Source: Octopus vulgaris
Lineage: Eukaryota
Reading direction: 5' to 3'
Length of the DNA: 64,000 nucleotides
NCBI GenBank assembly: GCA_951406725.2
Contig: OX597814.1
Span: forward strand, 39,370,001-39,434,000
How positions within the stretch are numbered: the stretch's first letter is position 1; each line of letters opens with the position of its first letter. The translations under genes and the position numbers were made by a program. Shown piece after piece: positions 56,653 to 64,000 of the stretch. A model generated the notes under the pieces. The model was not told the DNA's origin. It saw only the letters and a program-made list of their open reading frames with translations, and made no database searches.

Positions 56653-56953
56653 CGGTGCGTCGCTTAGTGGTTAGGGTATTCGGCTCACGATCGCAAAATC
56701 GTGAGTTCAAATCCCGTTGTGTCCTTCGGCAAGACACTTTATTTCCTATTCCTCGAGTCCCCTTAGCTAGCAAAAATGCATAGTATCTGTATTTGAAAGG
56801 GCCAACCTTCTCCCACTCGCCGAATCTCTCTAAGAACTACGTTAAGGGTACACGTGTCTGTGGGGTGCAAAACTACTTGGACGTTAATTTCACTGCGAGC
56901 TGATCCGTTAGTCATATCGGCTGGGACCCTCGTCGTAGCCGACGGAGTTCTCC
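56653..56953 (+). mobile_element. SINE family A
   Basis: Co-linear with 1665-1984. Confidence 0.9.
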
Positions 56954-56978
56954 TATATGTATATATATATATATATAA

Positions 56979-57038
<60 letters not shown>

Positions 57039-57169
57039 ACACACGTATGTGTGTATATATACACACATATATACAGATATATGCATATATGTGTGTGTGT
57101 GTGTGTGTGTGTACTGTACACACATATATATATATATATATACACACACGCGCGCAGAGGTGGAACGAA

Positions 57170-57300
57170 GTTGTGTAGTACATAGGGTACTTCTCAACCA
57201 CAGTTTCCCAGTTTAGTCCTACAGGTGTCTTTACTATAACCCCTAACCGACCAAATTTTGAGAGTGGATTTGGTTGTCAGTAACCGAAAGAAATTCCTGT
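57170..57300 (+). mobile_element. Diverged SINE family C 5' half
   Basis: AACCACAG...GTGTCTTTACTATAACCCC..CCGACCAAA..GAGTGGATTTGGT..GAAAGAA. Confidence 0.6.
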
Positions 57301-57713
57301 GCCCAAACGATCTCAACATTAGATTCAGAATGCATCCAACGCCGGGGCCATGTACGATACATTCCCTGGACAACTCAGGCACACAATACATGAATTCACA
57401 GCAATAAAACTGCACTCTTTGACGTTAACTACACACACACACACACACACAAAAAGAAGAAAATTTCAAAACAAATCCAGGAAAAATTTGTTAAATGGAT
57501 ACCAGATAAGCAGCCTGTAATTGTATATGTCTCAATCAAGTGCACGACAAAACTTGACTTCAAAAATGACTTAAGAGATCCTATTTAATGGTGCTATTAA
57601 GTTAGATATACCCTGGGCCAAGTGAAGTTATGGTATACATACATACATACACACATATATATATATATGTGTGTGTGTGTATGTCTGTGTGCGTGTGTGT
57701 ATCTGTGTGTGTA

Positions 57714-57762
<49 letters not shown>

Positions 57763-57764
57763 TG

Positions 57765-57962
57765 TAGCTGAAGGTATATGAGTGCACAGACTTTGCCGAA
57801 AGGGTTGCACAAATGACTTGTTTATAGTGATCAAATGTATGTGCTGTACATTAGCTCACTTCCTCCATCAAATCGATGTTGCCTGAACAGGTGCACATTG
57901 TATCAACCTCAAATGCTGCAGTGATCGCAGAGGAACCTCAGATGCTGAGTTGTGCAACGCAA
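57765..57962 (-). mobile_element. SINE family D fragment
   Basis: Shares motifs with 39300-39569. Confidence 0.6.
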
Positions 57963-58026
<64 letters not shown>

Positions 58027-58795
58027 ATTTCGGTACGGTCATTTTTTCTTTCCAAATAAACACACGCCCTATATATATTTTTCCTTACTCCTTTATTACT
58101 GTTTATTACATGTCCATTGCCCGGTGCACGGAAATCTTTCGTCACACATATGTGACTTCTTCATTGACACTTTTTCGTTTTCATGTGTACTCTTGCTCCA
58201 CTAACTACATTTTCCTCTTCTATGATGTTTGTCCTTAAGTGTACATGCGTTTGCGTCCGTGTGTGTGTGCGTTTGTATGTGTGTGTGTGTGTATGTATTC
58301 TTGTGCGTGTGTGTCATTGTTCTTAGCAGCAGTATGGCTTTCCCCTCAGTCCCATCCTCTCATCCCATTGTCCTGCTGTCCCAAAACCTGAAAATTTGGT
58401 GCAGTTTTTGTATTTCTCTCTGTTCGTAATAGCTTTGTTGTTGTTGTTCCTCTTCTTCTTCTTCTTCTTCTTCTTTTTCTTCTTCTTCTTCTTCTTCTTC
58501 TTCTTCTTCTTCTTCTTCTTCATCCTGCTGTTGCTGTTGTTATTGCCATCGTTGTCAATGCCGCTGCTGCTGCTGCCGTTGTTAGTCGTCTTGTTGAAGT
58601 TATTGTGTGTTATTGTGTGTGTGTGTTTACGCATGTATATGGATATGAGTTAAAATAAGATCAGTAATAAACGAGTGAAGAACAAATATATAGCACGTGT
58701 AATTATTTGGGGAAAAAAATGTCAATCCCGATATACAACATCTGTCTCATCACATGATTTCACGTTGGGAATCTTGCAACACAAATTGCTAAACA

Positions 58796-58841
<46 letters not shown>

Positions 58842-58934
58842 TAGTAATAATATGACAATAAAAGAATAAATGAAACCTCGATGATATGGAAATAGAGGAA
58901 TTTATCTGTTAAATAATATGTAGCAAATACACGG

Positions 58935-59055
58935 TTGCCATAATAAAAAACTTCTCCGGCATCTCGTCAGTTATTTAGTTTTGTCTTAATAACTGATGCA
59001 ATACCAGAGCAGACTTCCGCCGCGACATCCGAAACTCGGAGTGTTATTATGGCAA
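58935..59055. repeat. Asymmetric fold-back containing hammerhead remnants
   Basis: TTGCCATAATAA/TTATTATGGCAA outer arms; TCAGTTATT/AATAACTGA inner arms. Confidence 0.75.
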
Positions 59056-59207
59056 TTGTCACATATTATTTTGCACACATACACACACAGACAGCCACAC
59101 ATAGACACACACAAACACACACACACATACATAATGTATATATATATATATATATACACACACATTTATATGATTGAACGCCACGTATCCTTTTCGAAGT
59201 AAGTTTA

Positions 59208-59260
<53 letters not shown>

Positions 59261-59282
59261 TATATAATTACATACGTATATG

Positions 59283-59318
<36 letters not shown>

Positions 59319-59786
59319 TATATATATATACACACACATATATAATTACATGCGTATATGCATACATATATATATATATATATATATAGATATATATATA
59401 TATATATGTATGTATGTATATATGTATGCATATATCGCTAAGGACAGATATTTTAAGAGAAAGAAGGGAAACAGTGAAGGGGAAATATACAGACTGATAT
59501 AACCATTTTTGTAATATACCGAGGAATTGTTATTTTATTGTTAGAAACAATGTGGATGCTTGCATGCAGCTTTCTTCTTTACATACCTCCAATTTTATCC
59601 GACTGCTCGTACCATTTTGAGACCAATTTCATGGCGTCGCTTGATTTCAGAATTGAAACAACCAATACGTGTTACTCATGGTACATTGTCTGTTAGTGTA
59701 AGAATTTCGAGAGCCCAATCCGCTGCCCTGCATGTATGTCTGGGAAAGTTTTCTATGGTTTTGGTTATATATAATTGGATGAATAC

Positions 59787-59817
59787 CTATCTATCGATCT
59801 ATCTATATATCTATATA

Positions 59818-59848
<31 letters not shown>

Positions 59849-59898
59849 TCCTCTCTGTCTGTCTGCTTGTCTGTATGTCTGCCTGTCTATCTAACTCT

Positions 59899-59958
<60 letters not shown>

Positions 59959-60099
59959 ATATCTATCTATCTATCTATCTATCGCTCTATCTCTCTATCT
60001 CTCTATCTATCCTTCTATCTCTCTCTATCTCTCTCTCTATCTATCTAGCTATCTATCTATCTATCTATATATCTATTTATCTATCTATCTACTCATCTG

Positions 60100-60163
<64 letters not shown>

Positions 60164-60276
60164 CGTCAAAGACTTTTGCATTTTCCCGAGCATCAAATTA
60201 ATATACCTGCGTTTTGTTCCCTTACCTCTCTCAGTCTGTTGTTTTTCTATACATTTGAACTATTTCTCTCTCTCTT

Positions 60277-60307
<31 letters not shown>

Positions 60308-60345
60308 CTCTATCTCTGTCTATCTATCTATCTATCTATCTACTT
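59787..60345. repeat. (TATC)n/(TGTC)n compound microsatellite
   Basis: Direct repeats. Confidence 0.9.
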
Positions 60346-60460
60346 ATGTAGCTAGCTACTAACCTACCAATCAATCTTCCTACCTACCCTCTAACATACA
60401 TATACACATACATACATTCTTGCCAACCTACCTACCTACATGCCTTCCTTTGTATGTATG

Positions 60461-60496
<36 letters not shown>

Positions 60497-61256
60497 TGTA
60501 TGTATGTATGTATGTATGTATGTATGTATGTATGTATGTATGTATGTATGTATGCATGCATGTATTTATCTATCTATCTATCAATTTGCATATCTCGCAT
60601 TAAGACATTATAACAGAAAAACCTACTATAGCGATGTAAACTTTCTTACACTTCTCCGAATAGTCTCATTGTCTTTTATAGCGTCTCCTCCTAACGACAT
60701 TTAACCAAACAGACATTCTACTATTCTCTACTCTAACCATGTTGCTTGAGAGACAGCAATGCATTGTGGTAAGTGTGTGTGTGTGTATTGAATGAAAAAT
60801 CTGAATGTATGTATGTGCAATGATGTAAGAGTATTCATTTAATATCGGTCTCATAGTATGTTTATTATTTCTGCTTAATATCGTTGCCAGTTTAACCATT
60901 GTGTATATGCAGAGAAAACTACTAATCCATCCCGACTTTATCGTTTCTACGCAGTTCTTACATACTCTGTATACATATATATATATACACGCATTATGTT
61001 TATTGCATTTCAGTGCCTGTGACTGCCACTCAATATGATATATATTTCTCATTATTCTCATGGGTGTGATATATAAAATATAATATTACTTCTTCATTAT
61101 TTGCAGTGTTCAGCAAAATATGATTAATCTGTGACGTCTATGACACAACCATTCCTGTGTATGTCCTCGTGAGTGAGCAGTGGAGAAATTGTTCAGGAGG
61201 TTGTTAGGACCTGGTCGAAATAAATCTCACTGACAATATATTAAATCTATCTTCAA

Positions 61257-61700
61257 GTGACGAGCTGGCAGAATCGTTAGCACGTCAGATGGAATACTTT
61301 GTTTCATGTATTCTGTCTTACATTCTGGTTTCAAAATATGCTGAACTCGACGTTGCCTTTCATAAATAAGTACCAAGTAAACACTGGGGGTCAATGTAAT
61401 CGAACTAACTCCCCCCCACGAAATTGCCGGCATTGTGTCACAATTTTGAAACCAGTAAGTTAGATCAATGTTAAAACAGCGATCTAGCAATATCATTAGA
61501 AGCCAGACTATATGTTTAGTGGCATTTCTTCGGGCTTTGTGCTCTGAGTGCAGATTACCCCTTGGTCAAGTTTGCTTTTTATCCTTTCAGTGTAAAAGTG
61601 AGAACTTGGATTGATACAATAAGTACCATTTGATAACTGGGATCAATAAAATCGACTAGTCTTCTTTCCCTACATTTCAGGCCTTGTGCCTACATTAGAA
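61257..61700 (+). mobile_element. Two tandem SINE family B copies
   Basis: GACGAGCTGGCAGAATCGTTAGCACG...TTTTGAAACC, then a second unit ending GGCCTTGTGCCTACATTAGAAA. Confidence 0.8.
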
Positions 61701-61898
61701 ATCCACAATACATTAAAAGTATTAGCTTTAAACAAACAATATTTTGATGTCTTTTTTAATTATTTTTTGGGCATGTTAAAAAGATATTCTACAGTGAAAA
61801 TGAGTTTAAAAATTCAGTAGATATTTCGTATAAGACCTGTTCGAAAACTCAGTGTGAAACAGTTTTTTTCAAGTGCATTCAAAGTATCTCCGCTCCAA

Positions 61899-61987
61899 AG
61901 ATTTGGCTGCTATTTCTAGCACGCCCTGCCGCCACGTAACAGCTACCTACGTGGTAGTAGAGCGTGCAAGAAACAGCAGCCAAACCT
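61899..61987. repeat. Imperfect hairpin (~40-bp arms)
   Basis: TTTGGCTGCTATTTCTAGCACGC...CCACGTA / TACGTGG...GCGTGCAAGAAACAGCAGCCAAA. Confidence 0.85.
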
Positions 61988-62743
61988 TCCCAAACTACGA
62001 ATCAAAACTCTGTTGCTGGGAAACTCAGAGTTTCCCGGTGACCCAACGGATCACGGGTAGTCTAGTAATACATTAAATCTATGCAAATGTTACAAGTATT
62101 GTTGGGTTGATAATGAGTTTATTGCCTTAAATAGTAACGAATGTATCTGCACCTGGGTATGACGCATGTCCTAGCGTTCTATGTGAAGCTAATATTATAT
62201 TTTCTGTATTTTTACGTTCAACGTTTCCTTAATTTACACTGCCGGAGCTGCAAACATATGATAGAGCATCAAATAGGATTAGAACTGGTAGTTACAAATA
62301 CGTTTTATCATCTTAATGTTGTCTGAACTTTCAACAGCCAAAATAACTGATATTCAAACACTTCGCTGCATCAGGGCCATCCATATATGCTTAATATTCC
62401 TCCATCCATAATCACTCTTTTCATTGCTTTCGTTTTATATTGTTTTAATTTTTGTAATAAATTGTGTGATAAAAGAAAATTATTGTGTAGCGTTCTTGAT
62501 ATTTTCTCTGCTTCCATATTTCTGTTTCTTTTGATATGTATGTTTATGTTTCTTTTTGTTTTGTTTTGTTTTGTTTTTTGCCTCATTGATTAGTGCGCGT
62601 TAATTTATATGATAATTAGTGTACACAGCAACATTATACTTTCCCCCCTCTGGAATAGCAGTCCAAATTATGTAGTAGGATGCTTGCAGCACAGTCACCC
62701 TATCTACTGTTATTTGATGCCTAACCGTATTTGATGATATTGC

Positions 62744-62744
<1 letters not shown>

Positions 62745-62785
<41 letters not shown>

Positions 62786-63130
62786 GTGATGTTAACAATA
62801 TTGATTGCACTGGTGGTGGTGGTGGTGGTGGTGGTGTTGGTGGTGATGATGATGATGATGGCGATAACAATGGTGATGACATTGATGATGAAGGTGGTGG
62901 TGGTGGTTGTGGTGGTGGTTGTGGTGGTAGTGGTTGTGGTGGTTGTGGTGGTGGTGGTGGTGGTGGTAATGAAGTGGAGGATAATTGTAAATTTGCTGAT
63001 CGGTGATTATAGCGATGATAACGATCGTACCAATGGGCGATGACCTTGAAGACAACGACGATAACTACGACGACGAAGACGATGACAACGACAACGGCCA
63101 TAACGACCACGATGACTACGACGACGTTGA
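62745..63130. repeat. (GAT)n/(GGT)n/(GAC)n low-complexity tract
   Basis: Trinucleotide repeats; explains the Pro/Gly/Asp-rich ORFs. Confidence 0.9.
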
Positions 63131-63879
63131 GATGATTATGAGGATAATGTCCATATAAAAAATAGTAACAACATCTTTCTAAAATAACACCCTGGCATCT
63201 AAAAAGAAAGGGTAGAAAGATCCCATTTGATAATTTAATCCTAGATGTGCAATAGACCCGAGAAAATGGGATAGTCATGGTTGGAACAATTTTGATGAAT
63301 GGCCTGCTCAGTTAGGATTAACATGATCCACAACAGTAGGAAGTATATGGAAGGATGCAAGAAAACAATGGAAACAAGTAGTTAAACTTGTTCTTATTAT
63401 GGTTGTTCAATCCATTATCTGCTTTAATCAAGCAGGTATACGAACAATCGTTTTTATTTCTTTCTATATCGAAGCCCGCGAAGAATCGCTTTATTCATTC
63501 TATATCGAAGTCTTCGCTATGTCCAACATTTTCAAAACTGGCGAGATTTTAAGAAAATGAGGCTGCTGTTTCTGACAACTTAAGAGACTACACTTAGAAG
63601 TTCTTTGTTTGGTGGTCAACTATTTGAGTTGCTTGTCTTTAAACCTGAAGAAGTGATCTGGTGCCCAAGGAAGAAGAGTTATGTTTATGGAATGACGAAG
63701 ACATAGATAGATAGATAGATAGATATGCATATATATATATATATATATCCATAAATTAATGACAATGCACCTTTCTCAATAAACCTGATCCGAATGGCTG
63801 AAAGCGAGCAGATACCTCTTAATGCAACCAAAGGTCTTAATTTTATGAACGAGTCATGGAGTTAATCAACCTGGCAAGT

Positions 63880-64000
63880 ATACAAACCAACAAGTCAAGC
63901 AGTGGGGGAACAAAGACACATAAATATATACATACACATACTTGCGTGTATGTGTGTGTGTGTGCGTGCAACAGACATCTTTCAGTTTCAGTTTATCAAA
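63880..64000 (-). mobile_element. SINE family C middle fragment, runs off the window edge
   Basis: GTCAAGCAGTGGGGGAACAAAGACAC...TCTTTCAGTTTC. Confidence 0.6.

Noticed and set aside
62721-63278. Proline-rich 185-aa protein
   Set aside because: Derived from (GGT)n/(GAT)n tracts; no domain or splice support.

Overview
AT-rich, microsatellite-saturated animal genomic DNA, most likely intronic or intergenic sequence from an octopus or related cephalopod. That attribution is inferred from the SINE families and repeat load, not proven. No intact host gene is supported: almost all listed ORFs are translations of (TA)n, (CA)n, (CATA)n, (TATC)n or (AAT)n tracts. Recognisable content is fossil mobile DNA: RTE, CR1-type, R4/Dong-type (RLE) and Tx1/L1-type LINE fragments, at least four SINE families, a ~550-bp (AAT)n-embedded element in four copies, and mariner/pogo MITEs. 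The main hidden signal is a set of short (TA)n-associated elements and fold-back palindromes carrying minimal type-I hammerhead ribozyme motifs of the Penelope-associated kind. One is essentially intact (8655-8694), one sits in a perfect 63-bp-arm palindrome (44992-45119), and several are decayed. A second signal is a 3' stem-loop shared, with compensatory changes, between the CR1-type LINE and one SINE family. All coordinates were read by eye and element edges are approximate.
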